From the NCBI GenBank assembly GCA_003669585.1, contig QWOQ01000005.1, positions 266,502 to 330,501 on the forward strand: 64,000 nucleotides of DNA, read 5' to 3'. Shown one piece after another: positions 53,557 through 63,700 of this stretch. Below the pieces are notes generated by a model. The model made no database searches. It worked only from the letters and a program-made list of their open reading frames with translations, and had not been told where the DNA came from. A program made the position numbers and the translations under genes. The stretch comes from Planctomycetota bacterium (GTDB taxonomy: Bacteria; Planctomycetota; Planctomycetia; Pirellulales; UBA1268). Every line of letters starts with the position of its first letter. Position 1 is the stretch's first letter.

Positions 53557-55071
53557 TTATTTGACAACAGGTACTGCGCTGCTGAGATCATTAAAATCTG
53601 ACAGAAAAAGCGTGTTCTCCAAGCGCAGACAAGGAGCATTTTCAGGGCTCGGTTTCATGACTCCACGCGAGAGCCGGACGTCGTCAAGAAGCCCGTCACA
53701 ACCAAGCGTGCCTTCGACGAGACGACCAAATGCCAAGGACTCCACATTCGCGTGACGTATTGTCGCTGCAGGACCGGTGGGTTTCTCAAAGACATTTTTC
53801 CCGTCGATCCACATGGTGACAAGCCTATCATCCACGCTCGTAACGAGACTGTGCCACTGATTATCACAGATGTTGACCATCGAATCGTAATCGCCACCAC
53901 GTCCAGGCAGATACAGGGCCAGCGTTCCGCGTCCGGCGTGCGTGTAAAGTTCCCAATGCGTGCTCGCAGACTTTGGATTACAGGCAGCGAGAATGTTAAA
54001 TGTGTTTTTGCTGTTGAGCTTTACACGACAGTTGAGCGTGAAAGGCAACGTGTGGTATTCCTCTTTTCCCTCGAGAAGAAGACCGCCCGAGAGAGCCTTT
54101 CCAAACTCGTCGCTCAGCGATGGAACTCCGTATGCGGGAGTTGGAGTAGAGGGCAGTTTCGTTTTGGATTCGTTCCAAGTGCGATAGTTTACGCTCTCGG
54201 AGGCAGATGCGCCGTTTCCCTTCGACAGGAGCCAGCGCAGTCCATCGAGGTTATCGAGCAGACGCCCTTCGGCGTCTGCATCGGTGTGATTCAAAATGCC
54301 AATCGGTCCGTTATAGCCACTCGAACTAAGGATTTGAAGTACTTTCGCGTCCTCGGTGCCAATGCCGAGTGGGAGAATTTTTCGCCCCTTTGCTTCGCCG
54401 TCGGTATCCATGCCATTGAGATTGAGGCACAGAAGATGCGGCTTCATCGACTCAATAACTTTCGATAATCGGCCGAGATGACCATGACCGTGGTGCAGAT
54501 TGTAGACAATGCCGACGTTGTCACTGCTGTGATTTGTTTTCAGATATTCGCATACCGCAACCATATTCTCCGGTTCGCCCCCCCAACCACCGTGATTATA
54601 AATGCCGACTTTGCATCCAATTGATTTCACTTTTTTCAAAATTGGGAGCAAGGCTTCTGCAGATGTTTTAATTTTTTCGCTCTGTGAGTCACCTTGGGCA
54701 CTCAACATGACCCAGAATTGTGGATGCAGTTTGTATTTCTCAAAAAGCCGGAAGGCGTCGTCGTGCATGCCCCAAAAGGCAAAAAACTCAATGCCATACT
54801 TCTGATAGGCCAGTATCTCTCTTTCAAATTCCGCGACATGCTCCTGCCGCCAGTCATAAGCAATCTTTTGAATTCCCATCTTGGCGACCATTTCGGCACG
54901 TGCTTCCGGAGAACGCTGCTTGGCATCAAACGGCACGATGCACCACGCAGCGAGGTTCGTTTTTTCAAACACACCGTCATCCGCCTTGGTGTGAACAAGA
55001 GAAGCACGCGAATATCCAAAAACGATTAACAGCAAAAACAATGTTGGAGCATTGAGGCGTTTGTATTGCAT
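53557..55071 (-). CDS. Exported fusion of a xylose-isomerase-like TIM barrel (sugar phosphate isomerase/epimerase family) and a C-terminal LamG/concanavalin-like domain
   Basis: Carries a signal peptide. The N-terminal half has the TIM-barrel pattern (IYNHGGWGGEP, YNLHHGHGH). The C-terminal roughly 190 aa has a LamG-like pattern (FTLNCRVKL...WHSLVTSVDDRLVTMWIDGKNV...DDVRLS). Confidence 0.8.
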   Translation of the reverse strand: MQYKRLNAPTLFLLLIVFGYSRASLVHTKADDGVFEKTNLAAWCIVPFDAKQRSPEARAEMVAKMGIQKIAYDWRQEHVAEFEREILAYQKYGIEFFAFWGMHDDAFRLFEKYKLHPQFWVMLSAQGDSQSEKIKTSAEALLPILKKVKSIGCKVGIYNHGGWGGEPENMVAVCEYLKTNHSSDNVGIVYNLHHGHGHLGRLSKVIESMKPHLLCLNLNGMDTDGEAKGRKILPLGIGTEDAKVLQILSSSGYNGPIGILNHTDADAEGRLLDNLDGLRWLLSKGNGASASESVNYRTWNESKTKLPSTPTPAYGVPSLSDEFGKALSGGLLLEGKEEYHTLPFTLNCRVKLNSKNTFNILAACNPKSASTHWELYTHAGRGTLALYLPGRGGDYDSMVNICDNQWHSLVTSVDDRLVTMWIDGKNVFEKPTGPAATIRHANVESLAFGRLVEGTLGCDGLLDDVRLSRGVMKPSPENAPCLRLENTLFLSDFNDLSSAVPVVK

Positions 55072-55313
55072 AGTGTGACCATAGATGGAAGAGTTCTCTT
55101 TGTTTCAGAGCCTGAGAATACGTGATCCAACAATACTTCGCAAAAGAATCACCGGGCCTCTCGTGACAGCGTTTCACACGCCCTGCGCAAGTGTCCAGGG
55201 TACCCCGGCATCCTAGAACGGTAAGCGAATCGATCAATGAACGCACATTCGTAAAAATGTCTTTATGAATTCACGGTGTGAATTGTGTGATCTACGCAAA
55301 CAACGCGGATAGA

Positions 55314-57602
55314 TTACTTCGATCGTCTTCTGGACGCTGTTCCACGGCTTCGAGAGGATTTCATTACAGTTTCTGAGGGATCATCTGAAACTGCTTTGTT
55401 ATTCTCTACAAAAAGATACTTCTCATCATCGCTTGTCGTTGGAATCGCATCCGCGACCAAAATCAGCATTGACTTCTCAGGCATTAAAAGTTTTTCATCA
55501 GCCAATACAATGCGGCCTGTTTGATCAGGGTAGATGTCGTGCGGACTCGTCTGGGATGTATCGACAAACAATCGCCATGGCAGTTCGGCAATTTGCGGCA
55601 CTCTTGGAATCATAAACTCCTGCGGTTGCGAATCTGCGTGCATCATAAAGAGCACGTGACGCGAAACACCTTCGAGTGAATGCTCAGAAACATTGTTGCG
55701 ATCTTCAGTGTGAATCGCCGGTGTCAAAGCAGAAGCAAAACAGGTTAGACTTGGTGCACTCGCCTGCCAGTCAACCTGGCTGCCGTCGGGCAAAAACCAT
55801 TCCACATCGGGAAGGCCATCGGCTCCAGAAATATTTCCCAGAAAAAAGGACCGGCGGCGAATAGTCGGGTTACCGAGTCTAAATCTTATTATTTCTCGCG
55901 TGAATCGAAAAAGATCCGCATTGTTCTCGATCAAAGACCAGTCAAACCAAGATAGTTCATTGTCCTGACAGTACGCATTATTGTTGCCTTGCTGTGTGCG
56001 GCGGCATTCGTCGCCATACAGCAGCATTGGCACTCCCTGACTCACCATCAACGTTGCAAGCATATTGCGAATTTGACGGGTGCGAAGATGCGCAATATCG
56101 AGATTGGTTGTCGATCCTTCGACGCCATAATTGTCTGACAAATTATTATTGTCGCCATCACGATTTCCTTCACCGTTGGCTTCGTTATGTTTTTCGCGAA
56201 AAGAGACGAGATCATTCATCGTGAAACCGTCGTGCGAAGTAAGGAAATTAATGCTGTGGTAGGGTCGGCGTCCATTGTCACTATAGAGATCGCTTGACCC
56301 AGCCAATCGCGTTGCGAGATGCTGCCGCATTCCGTGGTCGCCTCTCCAGAATCGCCGCACATCGTCCCGATATCGACCATTCCACTCCGCCCAGCGCATC
56401 GTGCCAAACGATCCAACCTGATATGCGCCAGCGGCATCCCATGCTTCGGCGATAATTTTTGTGTCGGCCAGCATTGGATCTTCAGTAATGACTTCAACAA
56501 TAGGGGGATTCGGGAGAATCTCGCCGTTGCGATCGCGACTCAGAATGCTTGCCAAATCAAATCGAAATCCATCGATGTGGTAATTGTGAACCCAGTGCCT
56601 GAGACATAGAAAAATCATTTCTCGCACAATCGGATGATTTCCATTGATTGTGTTTCCGCATCCGGAATAGTTTCGGTAACTGCTGCCCCCATCACCGAGC
56701 ATGTAGTAGACGCTGTTTTCTAATCCCTTGAATGAAAATGTTGATCCGCACTCGTTCCCTTCAGCGGTATGATTAAAAACCACATCGAGAATCACCTCGA
56801 TTCCGGCGGCGTGGAGACTGCGTACCATCTCCTTGAATTCACGCACCTGACATCCGGGTTCTGTGCCGCTGGCATATCCACGGTGAGGCGCGAAAAACGC
56901 CATGGGATCGTAGCCCCAATAGTTCGACGTCTCCTTTTGAATTCCAGACGGGGACTCTGTTGGAAATTCATGCAGCGGCATCAATTCCACTGCCGTAACG
57001 CCGAGTGATTTGAGATAGGGAATCTTTTCGATCACTCCGAGATAGGTTCCCGGATGTTCCACGCCACTCGACGGGCTCTTTGTAAAACCTCTTACATGCA
57101 TTTCGTAAATCACCGTATCGGCAAGCTCACGGCGCAGGTGCCGATCGCCTCGCCAATCAAAATAATCATCAATGACAACGCTCTTGGGAGGCCGAACGAT
57201 TCCGTCATCGCCGAAAAGAAAATGCCCGGCGAGGGCGCGAGAATACGGGTCTATCAATCGAGCGTTGGAATCGAATCGCTGACCCTTCTCGGGATCAAAC
57301 GGACCGTCTGCTTGAAAGTGATAAAGCTGCCCCGCCTCAATACCTGGCACGAACGTGCTCCAGATATCCCCCCAGCGATCCTTCTCTGGAGAAAGTCGAA
57401 TCACTTCCGTCGGCTCTGGATCATCAGGATGGTCGTACAGCAAAACCCGCATCGCAGTAGCCGAACGACTAAAGACAAGAAATTGCACGCCCATGTCGTG
57501 CATTAAAGCACCGTAGGGCAGGGGGTGCGTAAACTGCAACGACGGAAGCGTTTTAATCGCTCGGTGCTTTATCGGTTTTCTGGGAAATTGGGGAGCTGGC
57601 AT
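55314..57602 (-). CDS. glgX: Glycogen debranching enzyme GlgX (GH13 isoamylase-type) with a basic C-terminal extension
   Basis: GH13 conserved regions are present: VILDVVFNHT, GFRFDLAS and EAWD, with the FLTSHDGFT region. Length is 762 aa. Confidence 0.93.
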   Translation of the reverse strand: MPAPQFPRKPIKHRAIKTLPSLQFTHPLPYGALMHDMGVQFLVFSRSATAMRVLLYDHPDDPEPTEVIRLSPEKDRWGDIWSTFVPGIEAGQLYHFQADGPFDPEKGQRFDSNARLIDPYSRALAGHFLFGDDGIVRPPKSVVIDDYFDWRGDRHLRRELADTVIYEMHVRGFTKSPSSGVEHPGTYLGVIEKIPYLKSLGVTAVELMPLHEFPTESPSGIQKETSNYWGYDPMAFFAPHRGYASGTEPGCQVREFKEMVRSLHAAGIEVILDVVFNHTAEGNECGSTFSFKGLENSVYYMLGDGGSSYRNYSGCGNTINGNHPIVREMIFLCLRHWVHNYHIDGFRFDLASILSRDRNGEILPNPPIVEVITEDPMLADTKIIAEAWDAAGAYQVGSFGTMRWAEWNGRYRDDVRRFWRGDHGMRQHLATRLAGSSDLYSDNGRRPYHSINFLTSHDGFTMNDLVSFREKHNEANGEGNRDGDNNNLSDNYGVEGSTTNLDIAHLRTRQIRNMLATLMVSQGVPMLLYGDECRRTQQGNNNAYCQDNELSWFDWSLIENNADLFRFTREIIRFRLGNPTIRRRSFFLGNISGADGLPDVEWFLPDGSQVDWQASAPSLTCFASALTPAIHTEDRNNVSEHSLEGVSRHVLFMMHADSQPQEFMIPRVPQIAELPWRLFVDTSQTSPHDIYPDQTGRIVLADEKLLMPEKSMLILVADAIPTTSDDEKYLFVENNKAVSDDPSETVMKSSRSRGTASRRRSK

Positions 57603-57898
57603 GGTGGAGCATCATACGATTATCAAGAAACTATGAGTGAACAACTCGGTGGTCTCCTGCTATGGTGACACATTCGGCGGGCATTCGCACTGTCGATCTC
57701 TCTCCTAGGAATCGTCTGGCAGCGGCAGTCACCGCGAACTGGTTGACAGAGCGTAGCAATCCCATCCAAATAAGCGTTCTTCTGAATCACAAAGGAGAGT
57801 AGTGTAACGATCTCGAAACGTCTTCACTGACATTCGATTGCACGCAGTACCTCTAAAAAACTCACTTTTAAAACTTTCTCACAGCAAGGATCTGTCGC

Positions 57899-58978
57899 GT
57901 GCCGGGTGCCACTTATTCAAGCGCCGGAGTCGATCTCGAACTCTACCGCGAGGGGATGTCGCGACTTCCCTCACTGCTGCGCCGCACGCAGTGCCCGCGA
58001 GTGATCGGAGCAGAAGGCGGCTTTGCCGCGCTTTTTGCGCTCGACTTTCCGAAAAATCTCTTTAACCGTCGATACGAAGATCCTGTACTGGTTTCCTGTA
58101 CCGATGGTGTGGGAACAAAATTAAAAGTGGCTGTCATGGCTGGCATTCACAATACGGTCGGGATCGACTTGGTTGCAATGAGCATCAACGATGCGTTGTG
58201 CACCGGCGCTGAACCACTTTTTTTTCTTGATTATATTGCGATGAGCAAAGACGATCCTGATCTTTTGGAACAGGTTGTGGGCGGCATCTCCCAGGCCTGC
58301 GTTGAATGCGACTGCGCGCTTGTCGGAGGCGAGACGGCAATCCTTCCAGAGATGTACCAGTCGGGCGACTACGACCTTGCCGGTTTCTGTGTCGGTGTTG
58401 TTGAACGAAAAAGAATTATCGATGGACGAGCCATCAGCCCAGGAGATCTTGTCTTGGGAATGGCTTCTAGTGGATTGCATTCAAATGGTTTTAGCCTCGT
58501 GCGAAAAGCTGTTTTTGAAATGGGTGGTTATTCATTCGACAATCGAATCGAGGAACTTGGCGGAAAAAGCGTAGCCGAGGCACTTCTTGAACCAACTCGT
58601 CTTTATGCCAGACCGATCAAAGCGATCCTTCGACACTACCGAGTCAAAAATGTCGTTCACGGCATCGCTCATATCACCGGTGGAGGTCTGGTTGAAAATC
58701 TCGCACGAATTGTTCCTCCGAACGTTCAGGTGCAACTCAAACGAGGCTCGTGGCGCGTGCCTGCTATCTTCGACTGGATTCGGAATCTCGGTTCAATTGA
58801 GCAGACTGAAATGGATCGAGTTTTTAACATGGGCATCGGCATGGTGCTTGTTGTTGCGCCGTTTTATCTTGAAAGTATTCAAAATCAATTGTTTGATCTT
58901 GGACTGGAAACCTGGAATATCGGTACCGTGACCGCCTCCGGGCCCAAGGAACAACGCGTGACTTTGACCGATGAATAA
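57899..58978 (+). CDS. purM: Phosphoribosylformylglycinamidine cyclo-ligase (AIR synthetase)
   Basis: GTG start. Motifs YSSAGVD, DGVGTKLK, DYIA and GGETA are present. Length is 359 aa. Confidence 0.95.
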   Translation: MPGATYSSAGVDLELYREGMSRLPSLLRRTQCPRVIGAEGGFAALFALDFPKNLFNRRYEDPVLVSCTDGVGTKLKVAVMAGIHNTVGIDLVAMSINDALCTGAEPLFFLDYIAMSKDDPDLLEQVVGGISQACVECDCALVGGETAILPEMYQSGDYDLAGFCVGVVERKRIIDGRAISPGDLVLGMASSGLHSNGFSLVRKAVFEMGGYSFDNRIEELGGKSVAEALLEPTRLYARPIKAILRHYRVKNVVHGIAHITGGGLVENLARIVPPNVQVQLKRGSWRVPAIFDWIRNLGSIEQTEMDRVFNMGIGMVLVVAPFYLESIQNQLFDLGLETWNIGTVTASGPKEQRVTLTDE

Positions 58979-59027
58979 AGCCTGCTTTGGCTTGCTATGA
59001 ATTGCGCTGAGAACTGTTTGTGGCACT

Positions 59028-59645
59028 ATGGAACTTGATCTTCCATCATCGCCGATTCTCGTAAGGCTCTTTGCAGAATCGCCGCTGCTGTGCAGTGTAC
59101 CGCTGGTCTGTACGATCCTGCTTTCTCTGTGGTATGCGTGGTCGAGCAGTCAGTGGAAGCCGATTTTTATTGCAGTCGCTGGACTCCTTGCAACGGCATT
59201 CATCGTGACGGTTACCACGATAAATGTTTCTCCCGGCGAGCATGCTGCTCAGATTGCTCAGGATCTCGCTCGCTTCGCAGAGACTGCAGACGTCGTTCGA
59301 CTCGACAAACTTTTTGCCCCAGATGCCAGGCTCCATTACGGCAGCCTTGAATCTGCCAGCGATGATATTCAAAGCATCCTTCGCAACTCGCAATGGCTCG
59401 AACAGATACATCAAATAGAGGCAAATACCATCGTCTCTCTCGACTTTGCAACGGTCGACAGAGAATGTGGCATTGTGATCCTTGGTTGCCGCACGACCGT
59501 GGATTCAAACTCGCAAATGATTCCCACCCGATGGTGGATTCGCGTCCGTCTTACTCCTGAGAACTCATGGCTCATTGATCGCATCGTATGGACAGAACTT
59601 TTCCTGCATCCACCGGTACGAGGAGTCATTTCTCATAGACCCTAA
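59028..59645 (+). CDS. Hypothetical membrane-anchored protein (2 TM helices plus an NTF2/SnoaL-like-sized C-terminal domain)
   Basis: ATG start. TM helices: LLCSVPLVCTILLSLWYAW and IFIAVAGLLATAFIVTVTTI. The domain assignment is a guess from size and pattern only. Confidence 0.5.
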   Translation: MELDLPSSPILVRLFAESPLLCSVPLVCTILLSLWYAWSSSQWKPIFIAVAGLLATAFIVTVTTINVSPGEHAAQIAQDLARFAETADVVRLDKLFAPDARLHYGSLESASDDIQSILRNSQWLEQIHQIEANTIVSLDFATVDRECGIVILGCRTTVDSNSQMIPTRWWIRVRLTPENSWLIDRIVWTELFLHPPVRGVISHRP

Positions 59646-59692
59646 AATTGATTTCCCAAAACCAATACCGTCGAACTGTGAACGGCGGGTGA

Positions 59693-60649
59693 TTATTTTT
59701 TTGCGGGCACAACATTCGATTTCAACAGAGCCTGCGGAAGATGAATTTCTGGCTGTGACTGAAGAATCTTTGCTGCGCTCGGGGAGAGCCTGACAAGCCC
59801 TCGCAGAAATACATTTCCTTCGTGCGACACGATCGCCTTTGCGGAACGATCTGACAATCCAATCACGCTATTGAGAATGAGTGTTCCTCGATGCTTTGCC
59901 AGCGACTCGGCCTGTAGGTCTGAAATCCTGAGAAGCCCGTCGAGTGAGAGGTCTCCCTGAAACTTAGAAATCTCATCGACAGATTCATCCGACATTTCTG
60001 TCATTCCGTAGAGAGAAAGCCTCCCACGATGCTTCGACAACGCTGCTGCTTGTTGGGGTGAAATAGTGCGCAGACCATTTAAATCGAGCGGCGACTGATG
60101 TTGAGCAAAGCTCTGCGCCTGCGCATCGGACAACGTGCGAAGTCCATCGAGCCCTAGACCGCCCGAATGCTTTGCAAGGGCAGCAATGAGTTCGTCGCTG
60201 CAGGAATGAAGTCCATCGAGATCCAAATAACCGCCACCGTGTGACGCGAGACATTCTGCCTGATGCAGAGAAAGTGAGGTAATCCCATTGAGCGACAACA
60301 CTGCGTCGCGGTGAACACATATGCCTGCCGCAATGTTGTCATCGAGACTCGTGAGACCATCGAGACCGAGATCTCCTTGATGCGTGGCGAGTGCTTGGGC
60401 AGAAAAAGCCGATAGAGAATTTAAAGCATTCAAAAACAAGGCGCCATCGTGTGTGCTGAGCACTGCGGCAGTTTCGGTGGAAAGGCTTCTTAATCGATTG
60501 AGGGAAAGCCGCTCTCCTTTGAACTCCGCAATCAGCGATGCTGCTTGCTCTACGGAAAGTTCCTCAATTTCGTCTGGGCTCTGGGCACTGACGCACAACG
60601 AGATGAACATGCTCCCAACGTACAGCAATCCTGTATAGGCAACTCGCAC
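59693..60649 (-). CDS. Exported leucine-rich-repeat-like protein built from about 11 tandem 23-24-aa repeats
   Basis: The GTG at 60649 has GAGGAG 7 nt upstream. Signal peptide: MRVAYTGLLYVGSMFISLCVSAQS. Repeat pattern: LxLxGLxxLSxxxAxxLAxHxG. Confidence 0.75.
   Translation of the reverse strand: MRVAYTGLLYVGSMFISLCVSAQSPDEIEELSVEQAASLIAEFKGERLSLNRLRSLSTETAAVLSTHDGALFLNALNSLSAFSAQALATHQGDLGLDGLTSLDDNIAAGICVHRDAVLSLNGITSLSLHQAECLASHGGGYLDLDGLHSCSDELIAALAKHSGGLGLDGLRTLSDAQAQSFAQHQSPLDLNGLRTISPQQAAALSKHRGRLSLYGMTEMSDESVDEISKFQGDLSLDGLLRISDLQAESLAKHRGTLILNSVIGLSDRSAKAIVSHEGNVFLRGLVRLSPSAAKILQSQPEIHLPQALLKSNVVPAKK
59750..60514 (-). repeat. Intragenic tandem repeat array (period 69-72 nt, about 11 units) encoding the LRR-like repeats
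   Basis: Repeat starts fall at aa 48, 71, 94, 118, 142, 165, 188, 211, 234, 257 and 280 (for example LGLDGLTSL, LDLDGLHSC, LGLDGLRTL, LDLNGLRTI, LSLDGLLRI). Confidence 0.8.
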
Positions 60650-60706
60650 GCTGCTCTCCTCTTTTCGATCCCGTTTTCCCGTTCATCAATCGGCCACATT
60701 CAGCGA

Positions 60707-63700
60707 CTATTTTGAAGGAGCAACTTCTTGATTTTGAGCCGCTAGATATTCAAGCAGATCGATAAATTCCGAAGGTGCAACCGTGGTGGCCGCTCCCTCA
60801 GGCATACTACTCTGCTTCTGAATGATTCGTTGTTCGATATCACTTTTTGCAATTTTTCGTGGAGCCTTTCCGTCAAAGATTTCAACTTCTGTATCTGTTT
60901 CAGCGACGACCAGACCCGACACAGGCAAACCCTCTGTGGTAACAATCAGTGTGGAGCGATATTTTTCTGCAACTTCTGCGTTTGGATCGATGACGGATTG
61001 GACAATTTTCATCCGGTTCATGCGTTTTGCGACACCAGCCAAATTCGGTCCAAATTCACGGCCGTCACCGTTGCCTACTTTATGACATGCGGTGCAATTG
61101 CGAGTAAAGATTTCCCGACCTCGATTTACGTCACCGGTGAGCTCCGCCAGACTTGTCATCGCTTTGTTGCGTTCCTCCTCCGGCTTTGGTTGCTGCGAAA
61201 GAAGTGCCTGCAGGTGAGGCAAAGCAGCAGCTCCGGCCTGCGAAGCCGAGAGCACCTGTGTGACAATCGATGTCGCGCGATCTCCGGCCTCGGGAATTTT
61301 TCCGGCAATAAAATCCCCCCTCCAAATCTGTTCATTCGCACCCAAAGCATTGGCAATCGTGTAATCGACCCAATAATCGGCAGGCGATCCGGTCATCGAA
61401 AGAAGTGATCGCATTGCCTCGGCCGTCTCGAAGAAGCTTAGACCGCGTGCTGCTTCAGTTCGTACTCGGGGATGCGAATCCTTGGCTGCTGTCACAAGCA
61501 ACGAGAGAACGCCATCAATTTCTTCGCGTTCATCGACCATGATCCGAACGGCCGCAGCCCGTGCTTCTGGTGCCTTGCTCATCGAGGCAACTCGCCGCAG
61601 AAGCGGTTGGTCAATCCGGTGATGCGACTGCTGTATCCAAAGCGCCTCGCAGCAGAGACGATCGTAATCTGGCCCTGTTGTTTCCAAACTCGCAAGCCAT
61701 GTTGTTATCGCTGCGATGACCTCGTCGGTCGGTCTATCTCGAAGCTCACGTCGCGCCCGATACCGCGTACGCCACTCATACTCAAGCATCTGAGAGAGCA
61801 ATTCAGAGACCGATTTTTTGTGCTGAGTCACACTTGCAACGAGCGGTCTCTCGGAACAGACCAATCGGTATACTCGACCGCGAACGTGATCCCGGTTGGG
61901 ATCGCGTTGACTATATTGCATGTGGCCCACCAGTGCGTTGGCCCAGTCACCCATCCAGAGCGCGCCGTCCGGTCCTATTTGAGGATCGGCAGGTCGAAAA
62001 TGTTTGTCACTGGATCTGAGGAGATCGTCCGGAGATCCGTCTGCGTTTTTTATTCGTGCTCCGGAGTAGCCTCCTCCGTCATCCTTGAGACTGAACCGAG
62101 GCAATCCATTCATATTGATCACGCAGGCATAGGTAAACTGTTCCTGAACGTCATCTGGAAAATGGCGACTCACTAAAAACTCACTCCCAAGCGCAGGCCG
62201 CATCCCTTCATTGTTAAACACAAAGTTGAGACCGGTTCGACCTCCAAACTGTTTTCCCGACAAAGGCGTGTCCCAAGCATGGTTGGCCGTGGTGCCATCC
62301 CCGACGATTCCCTGCCCCCACTGATTAAACACATAGCACCACATGTTGTACTGTCCCGGAAGAGCAAACTGACGGATCCGCATGGAACGTGGATCCATGA
62401 CATAGGCACCTCCTGCTCCTCGACTGCGATGCGGTCCCCATGGCGTTTCGAGCGTTGTGCTTGTGGCGATTCCCTCAAGCATGTGCAGCTTTCCACCATG
62501 GTTCCATTCAAATGCACCACAGGTGTGATGGGTGTCGTCCGATGCCCAGCCATCGAGCAAGTGAACGATAAGGTCCGCTTTATCGTCACCGTCGGTGTCT
62601 TTCAAAAAGAGCAGTCGTGGTTGATCCACCACGAGAACTCCACCATTAAAAAATTCAAAACCCGTTGGACAATGGAGCTTGTCATAAAAAACGGTACTCG
62701 AATCACAGACTCCATCACCGTCGGAATCGGTTAAAATGACAAGTTTGTCATTCGGCCGAGAATCTCCCGGCTTCCACTGCGGATACGTTGGCATACACGC
62801 AAGCCAGAGTCGACCACGGTTGTCAAAATTCAACTGCACCGGCTTTGCAATATCTGGGAAGCGAGTTTCGTCGGCGAATAATCGCAGCTCGAATCCCTTC
62901 GGAAGCGTCGTTGCCGCGATCAATTCAGCCGGTGGCAGATATCGCAGCGTATCGGCTTCTGAATACTTCTGCCTCGGTTCTCCAAAACGAGTTTGGGGTT
63001 CGAACAGATCACCGGTTGCAGAATCGTCCGGCGTCTCATTCACCTTTTTTCCCTGCGCAAGATCCCATATACCACGATCGCGCACCGCTGCCATCTTTCG
63101 AATTTTTGCGTACTCGCGAGGAAACGTTTCGGTATCCCACGTGCGTCGGCCACCATAGACATACCAACCGTTGAGCATCCGATAATCCTGCAAATGAACC
63201 CACGATTTATCGTTGACCCAGCTGCGAAGAAGTTCGTAATGAGGGCTTCCAAAACTCGCTGGAGATGCTGATCTAAAAACTTCATGGTCAATCATGCGAG
63301 CAATTTCCCGGTCTCCAGCGTCACTCAAATGACAACCGTTGATCGTCCATTGCATACCCGGCTTTTCCGAAAAGAGAATCTGTGACGCATCAAAAATATT
63401 GACAAAGGCCAGATTGCGTTTCGTCGCGACCGCTGCCACAGCATCTGAATAAAGTTTTAAATATTCATTTTCTCTGACGCCATCCGGCAAAAGTCGATCG
63501 GCAGTCGACTCAAATGCGATTGGAGACACGAGGATAAATCGCGGAGCACTGCCCACATCATCGCGGGGGTATCCCTTGGCAATTGCGTCAAGGTATTGCT
63601 CATACTTCTGCCGAAATGCATCGATGCCATCGGGCCCGGCATAGGATTCGTTTGAGCCAAAAAAGCAGATGTAGGTATCTGCACCGAACGCCAGAAGTGG

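Noticed and set aside
55268-55284. The 17-bp palindrome AATTCAC-GGT-GTGAATT between glgX and the TIM-barrel-LamG gene, as a terminator or operator.
   Set aside because: The stem is only 7 bp with a 3-nt loop and no adjacent T-run. It is too short to distinguish from chance.
57603-57898. A ZTP (pfl) or purine riboswitch in the 296-bp region upstream of purM.
   Set aside because: I could not find the conserved ZTP cores (a GGGTCGTGAC-like 5' part and a CCGCCTGGGC-like 3' part) or a purine-riboswitch three-way junction signature. An Infernal scan would be needed to be definitive.
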